A DNA stretch of 64,000 nt from an uncultured Thermoplasmata archaeon (GTDB lineage: Archaea > Thermoplasmatota > Thermoplasmata > RBG-16-68-12), in the NCBI GenBank assembly GCA_963768855.1, contig CAVYJM010000007.1:32001-96000 (forward strand). The letters are read 5' to 3'. The position numbers and the translations under genes were made by a program. The notes under the pieces are model-generated. The model did no database searches. It was not told where the DNA came from and worked only from the letters and a program-made list of their open reading frames with translations. Positions within the stretch are counted from its first letter, which is position 1. Each line of letters starts with the position of its first letter. Positions 9,296 to 19,223 of the stretch are shown piece after piece.

Positions 9296-10855
9296 TCAAG
9301 GCGAACGGGTGAACGGGTGCCCGCAGTAGAAGCAGCTCGTGTCGCTCTCCTGGACCGTGGTGTGGCACTGAGGACACACCTTCGTGCCCGCGGCGGACGG
9401 TCTCTCGGCCGCGCCTGCGCTCGGCGCGGCGGCGGGAGGCGACGTGGTCGGAGGCGGCGGGCGCTGCGGGGTTTGCGGAGCTTCGGCCTTCCTGTGGGCT
9501 CGGCGGTAGGCCCAGAGGACAAAGACCGCGATTACGATGATGACCAGGATCGCCACGTAGGCCGAGTACGGCGTCGCCGGGGTCACGTTGAATGCTCGGG
9601 TCGCGTTCCCGTGGGCGCCGAACGGATCGACCGCCTCTACGGTGACGGTGGACCCGGGAGCATCGAGATCGGGGACGGTCCAGTCCACGGACGTCGCGCC
9701 GGTCGTGCCTCCAAGGAGTGAGACCGTGTTGCCTCGGACCGTGACGTTGACCCAGACCTTCAGGTAGGTGTTGACGAACACGTCATCCGTCATCGTCCAT
9801 CGAATCGAGAAGACCTGGCCGCCTTGGACGTTCTGGCCCGCGGTCGGCGCGGTGATCGTGACGACCGGGGGCGTCGCGGAGGGGAGGCCCGGCTCCGTCG
9901 CCAGCTGGAAGTCGGAGGGCGAGTTCGTGTCCGCGCACGAAGAGGACCGCTCGAGAATCTGCCCCGGGCCCGGCGCGGGCGCGCTGCCCAGGGCCGTGGA
10001 TCCGGGCTGCCAGTCGAGCGTCCCGCCAACCGTGGCGTTGAACTCGACGCGATCCACGACGATGTCGCCGCCGCTCGCGGAGGCCGCGGCGCCGCCCGGG
10101 TTGCGGTAGACGAGCTTGAGAGCGTCGCCGGTGGGCACGAGGCCGAACGCGGACGTGAGGTTCTCCTGGAGGATGGTGTCCGCAGAGACGGCGCCCGCGA
10201 GACTGAGGTTCGCACCGTAGTACGTCCCCGGCGCGTCGCGCTGGAGCAGGTAGTCGCTCAGAGAGACGGAACTGGAAGTCGGATTGCACAGGAACACGTA
10301 TGCGCTCCCGCCGCGGGCCGGCTGCGTCACAATCCCCTGGATCTTGAGCGGCTGCGGGGTCGTCGCGGGGGTGCCGAGGTGGAGATCCTGCGTGACCGTG
10401 AGGTCGGGATACCATGCGGAGGTTTCTTGGAACACGTCAACGGAGGTCGTGAAGTTGGAGGCGGCGTACATGAACCGCTCGCCCACGTTCGCGCCGTACT
10501 TCGTGGGGGATGGTTCGGGCGTCGTGGAGTTGATGAGCAGATTGCCCGCCGTCTGGACGGCGAAGGCGCCTGCGGCATTCGAGACGGTCGTGGGCTTCGA
10601 GTAGAAGACGCCGTCCACGAGCGTCGTGATGGGCGTCCCGGTCGGGAGAGGGGATCCGGACCGGTCGAAGGCGGTTCCCTGCGTCGTCATGGGAAGCGGC
10701 GGAGGCGCCTGCACGACGAGGACCCAGGATAGCGAGGCCACCATCATCGCGAGAAGGAGGAGCAGGATTCGCCCAGGCGTCCCGATCGCGGCACGACGCG
10801 GGCTCCGCGCGGTGGCCAATAGCCGCGCGAGCCACCGCCCGTTACTTATACCCAT
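9296..10855 (-). CDS. Surface protein: signal/TM, lamin-tail-like and Ig-like domains, TM, Pro-rich linker, cytoplasmic double zinc ribbon
   Basis: YVFLCNPTSSSVSLSDY..GDALKL..VVDRVEF resembles a lamin-tail domain; C-terminal TM; CPQC..CFYC. Start uncertain. Confidence 0.7.
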   Translation of the reverse strand: MGISNGRWLARLLATARSPRRAAIGTPGRILLLLLAMMVASLSWVLVVQAPPPLPMTTQGTAFDRSGSPLPTGTPITTLVDGVFYSKPTTVSNAAGAFAVQTAGNLLINSTTPEPSPTKYGANVGERFMYAASNFTTSVDVFQETSAWYPDLTVTQDLHLGTPATTPQPLKIQGIVTQPARGGSAYVFLCNPTSSSVSLSDYLLQRDAPGTYYGANLSLAGAVSADTILQENLTSAFGLVPTGDALKLVYRNPGGAAASASGGDIVVDRVEFNATVGGTLDWQPGSTALGSAPAPGPGQILERSSSCADTNSPSDFQLATEPGLPSATPPVVTITAPTAGQNVQGGQVFSIRWTMTDDVFVNTYLKVWVNVTVRGNTVSLLGGTTGATSVDWTVPDLDAPGSTVTVEAVDPFGAHGNATRAFNVTPATPYSAYVAILVIIVIAVFVLWAYRRAHRKAEAPQTPQRPPPPTTSPPAAAPSAGAAERPSAAGTKVCPQCHTTVQESDTSCFYCGHPFTRSP

Positions 10856-10964
10856 CGCCAAGATGGACCGGATGTCGAGACCGGCATGGGAAGTCTCGCA
10901 GGCGCTTCGCCTCCGAGAAAAGCTATAAGGGTTCCGCGCCATCGGCGGCCTCCCAAGGCGTCCC

Positions 10965-11864
10965 ATGGTCGAGATCGTCGAGTGCGTGCCGAATTTCTCC
11001 GAAGGACGACGCAAGGACGTCGTGGACGCAATCGCGGGGGCGATCTCTGCGGTCCCGGGCATTCGGCTCCTGGATCAAGAGATGGACGCGAGCCACAATC
11101 GATGCGTGATCACGTTCATCGGGGATCGCGCGAGTGTGGCGGAGGGGGCGATGGCGGGTGCCCGGCAGGCCGTCGCGCTCATCGACATGAATTCCCATCA
11201 CGGCGAGCATCCCCGCATGGGTGCGCTCGACGTGCTCCCGTTTGTCCCCGTTGCGGGCGTGACCCTCGACGAGTGCGTGCAGATTGCCCGGACGGTCGGC
11301 AAGCGGCTCGGCGAGGAGCTCGGCATCCCTGTCTTCTTGTACGAGGCCGCCGCGACGCGGCCGGACCGCAAGGACCTACCCACCGTCAGGCGCGGCGAGT
11401 ACGAGGGGCTGAAGGCGGAGATCGAGACGAACCCGGACCGCAAGCCCGATTTCGGCCCCGCGAAAATGCACCCCACCGCGGGCGCGACGGCGGTCGGCGC
11501 CCGGCCGATCCTGGTGGCCTGGAACGTGAACCTGGCGACGAAGGACGTGCGGGTCGCGAAGCGCATCGCGAAGGCCATCCGCGAGAGCGACGGGGGCCTC
11601 CCGGCCGTCCGGGCGAAGGGGTTCGAGCTCGCCGACCGCGGCCTCGTCCAGGTGTCGATGAACTTGCTCGACTACCACAAGACCTCCCCGCTTCGCGTGT
11701 TCGAGGAGATTCAGCGACTGGCGGCCGCCGAGGGCGTGACGATCGCCGAGAGCGAGGTGGTGGGGCTGACCCCGCTCGAACCGCTTCTCGAGGCCGCGAG
11801 CGCACACTTCAAACTCGCCAACTTCCACCGCGGTCAGATCCTGGAGGCGAGATTGTGGGAGTGA
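10965..11864 (+). CDS. ftcD: Glutamate formiminotransferase (FTCD N-terminal part)
   Basis: IVECVPNFSEGRR, DASHNRCVIT, HHGEHPRMGALDV, VGARPILVAWNVNL. Confidence 0.95.
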   Translation: MVEIVECVPNFSEGRRKDVVDAIAGAISAVPGIRLLDQEMDASHNRCVITFIGDRASVAEGAMAGARQAVALIDMNSHHGEHPRMGALDVLPFVPVAGVTLDECVQIARTVGKRLGEELGIPVFLYEAAATRPDRKDLPTVRRGEYEGLKAEIETNPDRKPDFGPAKMHPTAGATAVGARPILVAWNVNLATKDVRVAKRIAKAIRESDGGLPAVRAKGFELADRGLVQVSMNLLDYHKTSPLRVFEEIQRLAAAEGVTIAESEVVGLTPLEPLLEAASAHFKLANFHRGQILEARLWE

Positions 11865-12481
11865 AGGACGAAACCCTCGGGCAGTTCCTCTCCTCGCTCG
11901 CGGCCGCGACTCCGACCCCGGGAGGCGGAAGCGTCTCCGCACTCGTCGGTGCGCTCGGAGCTGCGCTCGCCCGCATGGTCGCGGGGCTCGCCCGGGACAA
12001 GAAGGGCTACGAGGCGGTTCAGAGCGACCTCGTCCAGATCGAATCGAAGGGGTCCGTGATTCAAGAGCGGCTCACCCAGCTTGTCGAAGACGATTCCAGG
12101 GCGTACGAGGCCGTCGTCGCAGCCATGCGCCTTCCGAAGGGGACGGACCCGGAGAAGGCGCTGCGCGTCGAGGCGATGCAGGCCGCATACCAGGAGGCGA
12201 CCCGCGTGCCGCTCGAGACGATGGAGGCTTGCTCGGAGGTCCTCGAACTCGCGGTCCTCGCACTGGAGAAGGGGAACCGGGGTGCGACGACGGATGCCGC
12301 CGTGGCGATCCTCCTCGCGGAGGCGGGCCTTCGGGGCGCTAGCCTGAACGCCCGCGTCAATCTCGCCTCGATTCGCGATGAGACCTTCCGGACCGCGTCG
12401 GAAGCGAAGATGGACCGCATCCTGAGCCTTGCGGACGAGGTCGGGCACCGCGGCATCGCCCTGGCCGAAGGCCGTCTCTGA
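11861..12481 (+). CDS. Formiminotetrahydrofolate cyclodeaminase (FTCD C-terminal part)
   Basis: FLSSLAAATPTPGGGSVSAL, TTDAAVA, GASLNARVNL; GTGA overlap with the upstream stop. Confidence 0.93.
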   Translation: MKDETLGQFLSSLAAATPTPGGGSVSALVGALGAALARMVAGLARDKKGYEAVQSDLVQIESKGSVIQERLTQLVEDDSRAYEAVVAAMRLPKGTDPEKALRVEAMQAAYQEATRVPLETMEACSEVLELAVLALEKGNRGATTDAAVAILLAEAGLRGASLNARVNLASIRDETFRTASEAKMDRILSLADEVGHRGIALAEGRL

Positions 12482-12544
12482 CTCGGCGCGTTCACGTCAC
12501 CCCGGAAAAGTCTTTACGCGCGAGAGCGCCTCTCTACCGACGCC

Positions 12545-14185
12545 ATGGAGCGCATCAAGGCGGCCCGAGGCCCGAAGCTGCGGTGCAAGGGCTGGAGGCA
12601 GGAAGCGATCCTGCGCATGCTCGAGAACAACCTCGAGAACGCGGAGAAGCCGGACGACCTGATCATCTACGGCGGAACGGGCAAGGCGGCCCGGAACTGG
12701 GAGGCCTTCCGGCAGATCGTCGAAGCACTGAAGAGCCTCGCGGACGATGAGACGCTGCTCGTGCAGAGCGGAAAGGCGGTGGCGATCTTCAAGACGACGA
12801 AGGACTCGCCGCGGGTCCTGACCGCCAACGCGCACCTCGTCCCGAAGTGGTCGAACTGGGAGACGTTCCGCGAGCTCGAGAAGCTCGGGCTCACGATGTA
12901 CGGCCAGATGACCGCGGGCGGCTGGTCCTACATCGGCTCGCAGGGCATCGTGCAGGGCACGTACGAGACCTTCGCGGCGTGCGCGCGGCAGAACTTCCAA
13001 GGCTCGCTCGCGGGCCGGCTCGTCCTGACGGGCGGAATGGGCGGCATGGGCGGCGCGCAGCCGCTCGCCATCAAGATGAACGAGGGAGTGTGCCTCGACG
13101 TCGAGGTCGACGAGGCGCGCATCCGTCGCCGGGTCGACAACAAGTACTGCGACCTCGTCGTCCGGGACCTGGACGAGGCTCTCGAGGTCGCGAAGGACGC
13201 CGTCCGGGAGAAGAAGGCGCTCTCGATCGGCCTCGTCGGCAACTGCGCGGAGGTCCACCCCGAGCTCGTGCGGCGCAAAGTCCGTCTGGACGTGGTCACG
13301 GACCAGACGTCCGCGCACGACCCCCTCGGAGGGTACATCCCTCGCGGGCTCTCGGTGAATGAGGCCGCCGACCTGAGGAAGGCCGATCCGGACGAGTACG
13401 TGCGGCGCTCGAAGGAATCGATCGCGATCCACTGCCGCGCGATGCTCGACATGCTCCACGCGGGCAGCATCGTCTTCGACTACGGGAACAACATCCGTGG
13501 CCAGGCCAAGGAGGCGGGCGTCGAGAACGCGTTCGAGTTCAAGGGGTTCGTGCCCCTGTACATCCGCCCGATGTTCTGCGAGGGCCGCGGTCCGTTCCGG
13601 TGGGTCGCCGTCAGCGGCGACCCAGAGGACATCCTCAAGACGGACCAGGTCGTCCTCGAGGAGTTCCCGAAGGACGCGACCCTGCGGCGATGGATCCAAC
13701 TCGCGGAGGAGTTCCTCCCCTGGGAGGGCCTCCCCGCCCGGGTTTGCTGGCTCGGCTACGGCGAGCGGGCGCGCTTCGGAACGCGCATCAACCGCATGGT
13801 CGGGGCGCACGAGCTCTCCGGTCCGATCGTGATCACACGGGACCATCTGGACGCCGGGTCGGTCGCCTCGCCCTACCGGGAGACAGAAGGGATGCGGGAC
13901 GGGTCCGACGCAATCGCAGACTGGCCCCTGCTCAACGCCCTCGTGAACACGGCGGCGGGAGCCGACCTGGTTGCGGTGCACAACGGGGGCGGCGTCGGGA
14001 TCGGATACTCGACCCACGCCGGCGCCCTCGTGGTCTGTGACGGGACCGCGGAGGCCGAGAAGCGCATTGCGCGCGTCCTCACGACGGACCCGGGCACGGG
14101 CGTCGTGCGCCATGCCGACGCGGGCTATGAGGACGCGATCCGGTTCGCGAAGGAACACGAGATCCGGATGCCCTCCCTCGAGTGA
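12545..14185 (+). CDS. hutU: Urocanate hydratase
   Basis: [62 protein letters not shown]. Confidence 0.98.
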   Translation: MERIKAARGPKLRCKGWRQEAILRMLENNLENAEKPDDLIIYGGTGKAARNWEAFRQIVEALKSLADDETLLVQSGKAVAIFKTTKDSPRVLTANAHLVPKWSNWETFRELEKLGLTMYGQMTAGGWSYIGSQGIVQGTYETFAACARQNFQGSLAGRLVLTGGMGGMGGAQPLAIKMNEGVCLDVEVDEARIRRRVDNKYCDLVVRDLDEALEVAKDAVREKKALSIGLVGNCAEVHPELVRRKVRLDVVTDQTSAHDPLGGYIPRGLSVNEAADLRKADPDEYVRRSKESIAIHCRAMLDMLHAGSIVFDYGNNIRGQAKEAGVENAFEFKGFVPLYIRPMFCEGRGPFRWVAVSGDPEDILKTDQVVLEEFPKDATLRRWIQLAEEFLPWEGLPARVCWLGYGERARFGTRINRMVGAHELSGPIVITRDHLDAGSVASPYRETEGMRDGSDAIADWPLLNALVNTAAGADLVAVHNGGGVGIGYSTHAGALVVCDGTAEAEKRIARVLTTDPGTGVVRHADAGYEDAIRFAKEHEIRMPSLE

Positions 14186-14189
14186 TCCG

Positions 14190-14591
14190 GTGTCCGCGGT
14201 CCAGCGTCGTCCGTTCGTGACTGTGGACGGCCTCATTCCCATCGAGGCGAAGCTCGTGGCGGTCGTTCGCCGCAACCCGCCGTTCCAGGGGATGCCTGCC
14301 CTCCCGGGCGGCTTCGTCGAGCTCGGCGAGACGACGGAGCAGGGTGTGCTCCGCGAGGTCCGCGAGGAGACCGGGCTGGAGACGCGCGTCTTACGCTTGG
14401 TCGGCGTGTACTCCGATCCGTCGCGGGATCCTCGGGGTCACACCGTGACCGCGGCGTACGCCCTCGAGCCCACCGGAGGCGTGCTGAAGGCGGCGAGCGA
14501 CGCGAAGGAGATCGCGCTCTTGGATCCCGACCGACTGCCTCCGATGGCGTTCGACCATGCGCGCATTGTCGCAGACTGGCGTCGCGGCTAG
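14190..14591 (+). CDS. Nudix hydrolase (ADP-ribose pyrophosphatase-like)
   Basis: Canonical box GGFVELGETTEQGVLREVREETGL; SRDPRGHTV; AFDH. Confidence 0.9.
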   Translation: MSAVQRRPFVTVDGLIPIEAKLVAVVRRNPPFQGMPALPGGFVELGETTEQGVLREVREETGLETRVLRLVGVYSDPSRDPRGHTVTAAYALEPTGGVLKAASDAKEIALLDPDRLPPMAFDHARIVADWRRG

Positions 14592-15160
14592 AGATCCCCG
14601 CTCGGCCTGGACCAGGCCTTCTTGGCGGTGCCGGGAAGCCAGCCGAGTAGGACAAGGACGAAGCCCGTCGCAACGAAGAGTCCGATTCCTGCCGCGGTCG
14701 GGGCAGGATACGGTGGCATCGCCGCAAGCCACACCTCCACCACGGCGCGCGCCAGGAACGCCGCGATCCCGGCTAGGATGCCCGCCCGCGATCCGGCCTC
14801 GACGCTCACCCAGAGGACCCACGCAACGAGGACGATGAGGAACGGAATGGCGAGGATGTTGGGGATCGGGAATTCCTGGGTGATCTGCAGGATCGGAGAA
14901 CTCGGGATGGCGAGTATGAAGGCAATCGTTGCGAAGGCGAGCTTGAAGGCCGTTCCGAAGCCGTAGACCTGGCGGTACTCGCGTCCGATTAGGTTCGGCG
15001 GGCCCGCATCGCGAAGGGCCTTGACTGCATCTCCACCATTTCCTGCCACAGCCTCGGACAGGTGGCTCTGCAGCTCCCTCAAGATGTCCTCGCGAACCGC
15101 GGGCGCCATTCCGAACATCGATCGACGGACTTGCGCCAGGTACGAGTTCACTTCGCTCAT
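14588..15160 (-). CDS. HAAS-type membrane protein, partner of PadR
   Basis: YLAQVRRSM..REDILRELQSHLSE N-terminus followed by TM helices; coupled to the PadR gene. Confidence 0.75.
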   Translation of the reverse strand: MSEVNSYLAQVRRSMFGMAPAVREDILRELQSHLSEAVAGNGGDAVKALRDAGPPNLIGREYRQVYGFGTAFKLAFATIAFILAIPSSPILQITQEFPIPNILAIPFLIVLVAWVLWVSVEAGSRAGILAGIAAFLARAVVEVWLAAMPPYPAPTAAGIGLFVATGFVLVLLGWLPGTAKKAWSRPSGDL

Positions 15161-15513
15161 CGAATTCCCTCCAGCACCTTCTCAGCGCCGGCCGTCATCT
15201 GCCGCCAGATCGCGAGGGCCTCCGAGAGGGCGGTGCGGCCGCGGTCCGTCAGGTGGTAGTACTTCCGCGGGATTCCCCCCTCGCCCGTCGCGGGATCCTT
15301 CCAGTGGCTCTCGACGAACCCCCGTTCCTCGAGCCGCCGGAGCGCAGGATAGAGCGTCCCTTCCTTGAGGTCGAAGAAGCCGTTCGACGTCTCGCGGAGT
15401 TCGTGGAGGATCTGGAAGCCGTATTTCTCTTCCTTCGAGAGGAGCGCGAGGAGGCACAGCTGGATCGACCCGCGCTTCAGTTCCGCGGTCCACTCGGGGG
15501 AGATCTCGGCCAT
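15157..15513 (-). CDS. PadR-family transcriptional regulator
   Basis: ELKRGSIQLCLLALL, KYGFQI, EGTLYPALRRLE, RKYYHLT. Confidence 0.95.
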   Translation of the reverse strand: MAEISPEWTAELKRGSIQLCLLALLSKEEKYGFQILHELRETSNGFFDLKEGTLYPALRRLEERGFVESHWKDPATGEGGIPRKYYHLTDRGRTALSEALAIWRQMTAGAEKVLEGIR

Positions 15514-15669
15514 GGGATGCGCCTCGTATCCGGGGTTCGGTATTTCGCCTTTCGGGACGACGCGACAAGCGGGGCCACCGGACCGACATGAAGCGTCACC
15601 TCGTGTGCAAAGTAGGAGGGCACGGGTGTGCGCTCCGGAAAAGGAGAAAAAGAGGGGGAGGGGCGGCGC

Positions 15670-17028
15670 TCAGTTCTTCGGGCGCCGCGCCCTGCTCCGG
15701 AGATACAGGGCGGGGATGATGGCGACCCCTACGACCGCGACCTGTATCAGCAAGATGCCGAGTGGGGTGAGGTTGAATCCGGCCGACACGTTCGGCGCGA
15801 ACGACTCCACGCTCATGGACGGATCGTGGACGATCGTCGAGCCCGCGGGATAGATGAACGCCCCGTGGACCATGAAGCCGAAGAAGGCGCTCTCCCCGTT
15901 GCTCGTGACGATCCGGCTGCCTCCCTGCACCTGGAACAGCATCGTCTCCGGTTGCCCGTCCACACTGACGTCCGAGGTCCAGCGGAACTCCCCGACGCGG
16001 GTGAATGGGTCGTCGAAGGTGATCTTGTCCATCGTGTACAGGTGGGGCACGGAGGGCGCGTCCGCCGCCGTCTCGTTGTCCAGGAGCGTCGCGTTGGCCT
16101 CGTCCTCTGCCCGCTCTTGCGCGTAGGCCTGGTGGATGAAGTCGACCGTGCGGTCCGGGAAGAAGTTCCCGAAGACCAGGTACGTCTCGAGGGCGAGCTT
16201 GTCGGTCGGGCTCGTGAAGTCCCAGCCGTCGATCACGTGGTCGTACTTCGCCCCCATCTGGACCGCCGCGCCGGAGACCGTGCGGTTGCCCTCGGAGGAG
16301 ACGTTCGTGATCTCCCGCGGCGTCGTGTCCGTCACGGTCACGCGGTACCAGGGCACCTGGCCCGTCTTGTTGACCGTGTCCACGGTCAGGTGGAACGTGA
16401 ACGCCACTAGGTTCAGCATGCTGTCGCCCGTCCCGTTCGCGAGGGGCAGGAGCGGGTTGATCCAGGTGTACGCGAGATCCTGAGCCTCGATCGTGAAATT
16501 CACGTAGAACGTGCCCCCAACGAGCTCGTAGCTCTCGTTCGTCATCGCCCACGCGCCCGTCCGCAGGTTCAGCGCCTTCACCGGGACGTTCACGGTGGTG
16601 AGCGTCGGGAAGGTGTCGTTCCCGAAGAGCCCGAATCCTGCCGTGGCGTTCAGCGTCTTGAACTCGATGAATCGGTCAAGGCTCTGCGCCAGGACCGTGC
16701 GCACCGGGATGCCTCGGGTGGCGAGGGCCTGGCCCTGCTGGTTCACGACGTCCGCGCCGCCGAGGTACCGCGTGTACTCGGCGAAGATCACGACGCGGTT
16801 CGGGTTCGACGGGGTGCCGTACAGGACTCCGAAGTTCGCGTCTCCCGCGGTCACGCCGACCCAGTCGCCGCCGCCCAACCGGGCCGTCGGCGTCGGGCCG
16901 ACGAACACGGGCGCGGTGCTCCGGGCTAGGGAGGCGGGGGTGTTCGAGCTGGCGGACGCCGTGGTCGCGATCGCGAGCGGCACGGCAAGCATGGCCAGCG
17001 CAATCAGGGTGGCTGCGATTCCTCGCAT
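15670..17028 (-). CDS. Secreted cell-surface protein with C-terminal TM anchor
   Basis: Signal peptide from MRGIA, beta-rich body with several sequons, TM plus basic tail. Confidence 0.8.
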   Translation of the reverse strand: MRGIAATLIALAMLAVPLAIATTASASSNTPASLARSTAPVFVGPTPTARLGGGDWVGVTAGDANFGVLYGTPSNPNRVVIFAEYTRYLGGADVVNQQGQALATRGIPVRTVLAQSLDRFIEFKTLNATAGFGLFGNDTFPTLTTVNVPVKALNLRTGAWAMTNESYELVGGTFYVNFTIEAQDLAYTWINPLLPLANGTGDSMLNLVAFTFHLTVDTVNKTGQVPWYRVTVTDTTPREITNVSSEGNRTVSGAAVQMGAKYDHVIDGWDFTSPTDKLALETYLVFGNFFPDRTVDFIHQAYAQERAEDEANATLLDNETAADAPSVPHLYTMDKITFDDPFTRVGEFRWTSDVSVDGQPETMLFQVQGGSRIVTSNGESAFFGFMVHGAFIYPAGSTIVHDPSMSVESFAPNVSAGFNLTPLGILLIQVAVVGVAIIPALYLRSRARRPKN

Positions 17029-17159
17029 GGTGTTCCTCCTTGGTGCGGGGTCTGTCCCCGCTATATACATAGCGTCACTATGTATTGTGCCATACTTAAA
17101 CCCACCGGGAAGATTCGCGCGGCGAAGGACTAATACCCGCGCACGGATGCACGAATTCG

Positions 17160-17525
17160 GTGCCCCGAACCGTCCTCCTCGACGCGAACGCCCTCCTGAT
17201 GCCCTTCCAGTTCCGGATCAACCTCGAGACGGAGCTCCGCCGCCTCCTGGGCGAGGTCGACCTTGCGGTTCCCACCCCGGTCCTCGAGGAGCTGCGGATG
17301 CTCGCGACCCACGACCGGGACGCGAAGGCGGCCGGGCGGCTCGCGGCGAAGTACCGCACCGTGGAGGGCCGCGGATCCGCGGACGATGCGCTCCTCGAGC
17401 TCGCGCTCTCTCTGCACGCCGTCGTCGTGACGAACGACCAGCCGCTCCTCGACCGGTTGGAGAGGGAGGGCGTGCCCCGCGCGCATCTGCGCTCGCGGAG
17501 CCACCTCGTGCTCGAGGGGTTGTGA
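17160..17525 (+). CDS. PIN-domain protein (Fcf1/Utp23-like)
   Basis: VLLDANALL, VLEEL, ADDALL, VVTNDQPL. Confidence 0.88.
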   Translation: MPRTVLLDANALLMPFQFRINLETELRRLLGEVDLAVPTPVLEELRMLATHDRDAKAAGRLAAKYRTVEGRGSADDALLELALSLHAVVVTNDQPLLDRLEREGVPRAHLRSRSHLVLEGL

Positions 17526-17571
17526 GCCCTCAGGGAAAAGGCATAAACGCGGCGCGGCGCTCCCCCGCGCG

Positions 17572-18228
17572 GTGAAACCCTACCACGTCGAGACGCTCAA
17601 GGGGATCGCGCTCCTGGGCGGCACGAAGGAATACGTGAACCTGTCGTCGCGGGAGCTCGGCAAGCTCATCGGCGTGAGCCAGCAGTCCGCGTCGCAACGG
17701 ATCCTCGAGCTGATCCGCGAAGGCCTCGTCACCCGCGACCTGGCGACCCGGCGGCAGCGGATCAAGCTCACGGGAAAGGGCATGGACCTCTTGCGCAAGG
17801 AGTACGCGGACTACCAGCGGATCTTCGAGATCAAGGAGACCGTCACGCTCTCCGGAACCGTCGCGAGCGGCCTCGGCGAGGGCGCGTTCTACATGCGGCA
17901 GAAGGGCTACAAGGACCAGTTCCGCAAGAAACTCTGGTTCGAGCCGTTCGAGGGCACCCTGAACCTCAAGGTGCCCAGCTCGGACCTGGCGAAGGTGGAG
18001 GTCCTGCGGGACAGCCCGGGCATCGAGATCAGCGGGTTCGAGTCCGGGGGCCGCACGTTCGGCGGCGCGAAGTGCTTCCTCGCGGCCCTGGGCCACCTCG
18101 ACTGCGCGATTATCCTGCCGATCCGGTCGCACTACTCCGAGGTCCTCGAGGTGATCTCGAAGCACTACCTCCGCGGCTCCCTCGGCCTGAAAGACGGCGA
18201 CAGCGTCGAGCTGATCGTGCAACTCTAG
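17572..18228 (+). CDS. ribK: CTP-dependent riboflavin kinase with N-terminal wHTH
   Basis: SQQSASQRI HTH; GTVASGLGEGAFY, PFEGTLNL, LEVIS, LKDGD. Confidence 0.95.
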   Translation: MKPYHVETLKGIALLGGTKEYVNLSSRELGKLIGVSQQSASQRILELIREGLVTRDLATRRQRIKLTGKGMDLLRKEYADYQRIFEIKETVTLSGTVASGLGEGAFYMRQKGYKDQFRKKLWFEPFEGTLNLKVPSSDLAKVEVLRDSPGIEISGFESGGRTFGGAKCFLAALGHLDCAIILPIRSHYSEVLEVISKHYLRGSLGLKDGDSVELIVQL

Positions 18229-18295
18229 GCGGACCCCACGACCCGGCGCTTCCATCGCATTTATGCCTTCCCCGGTCCCTTGACCAGGCGGAAAC

Positions 18296-19189
18296 ATGGA
18301 GGGACGCTCCCAGGTTCTCGTCGTCGTGGCCGTGGCAGTGGCCATCATTCTGGCCGCCGTGGCGTTCGTGCTCGTCCCGAAACCGCCCTCGACCGCGTCG
18401 CCCCCTGCGGGCCTCGGGATCGCCCGCCTCTCCGTCCTCACGGATCACTCGAACTACCTCTCCGGACAGGCGGTCAACGTCACCGTGCGGGTCGACAACG
18501 TGGGTGACGCTCCGCTGCGACTCAACTTCAGCGGCACCTGCCAGGCCGCATACGAGATTCTGAATGCCAGCGGAGGGCTCGTCTACGACCCCCATCCCGG
18601 GTTGGACTGCAGATCCACGGACACGAATCTGACCCTGCTCCCGGATGGCTTCAAGGAATACCCGTTCACCTGGGACCAGTCTACGGACCGCGGCTTGGTC
18701 GCGCTGGCCCCTTACCGCGTCCAAGGCAGGCTTCTGACGGTAAGTCCTCTTCCCGCCCTCACGGCCGAGGCCGACTTCGTGATCGAGTTCGGCACGACCC
18801 TCGAGTTCACTGCGAGCCTGGATTCGCTGCTCTACCATCCCGGCGACGTCGCGAACGTCACGGTGACCCTGACGAACACGGGTCAGGCTCCCGCCGTGAT
18901 GCACTTCAGGAACCCCTGCTACGATCAGTTCGTGGTCTCGACGGAGGGCCTCGGCACGGTGTTCACCTCCGCGAAGAACACGGGTTGCATCCAAGTCATC
19001 GCCGAAATCGTGCTCCATCCGGGTGAGTCGGTCAAGCATGTGTTCCGCTGGGACCTCGAGACGGACGCCGGCACTCCGCTTGCTTCCGGTCGATCGTACG
19101 AAGTCACCCCGGGATTCGTGTGGGGTGCGCTCCTCTATCAGCGTTTCGTCACGAGCACTCAGACGGCCTTCTTCTTCCTTGGATCGTAA
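18296..19189 (+). CDS. Membrane-anchored protein with two BsuPI-like (proteinase-inhibitor/Ig-like) domains
   Basis: N-terminal TM; internal duplication VxVTxxNxGxxPxxLxFxxxC..LxPG/D..FxWD. Confidence 0.65.
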   Translation: MEGRSQVLVVVAVAVAIILAAVAFVLVPKPPSTASPPAGLGIARLSVLTDHSNYLSGQAVNVTVRVDNVGDAPLRLNFSGTCQAAYEILNASGGLVYDPHPGLDCRSTDTNLTLLPDGFKEYPFTWDQSTDRGLVALAPYRVQGRLLTVSPLPALTAEADFVIEFGTTLEFTASLDSLLYHPGDVANVTVTLTNTGQAPAVMHFRNPCYDQFVVSTEGLGTVFTSAKNTGCIQVIAEIVLHPGESVKHVFRWDLETDAGTPLASGRSYEVTPGFVWGALLYQRFVTSTQTAFFFLGS

Positions 19190-19223
19190 TCCCGGACGCC
19201 GCGGGTGGCCAATTGCAACGCGC

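Noticed and set aside
10886-11860. 531-aa ORF suggesting a long cyclodeaminase or fused FTCD
   Set aside because: The upstream part is an off-frame shadow of the formiminotransferase; the two genes are separate with a GTGA overlap.
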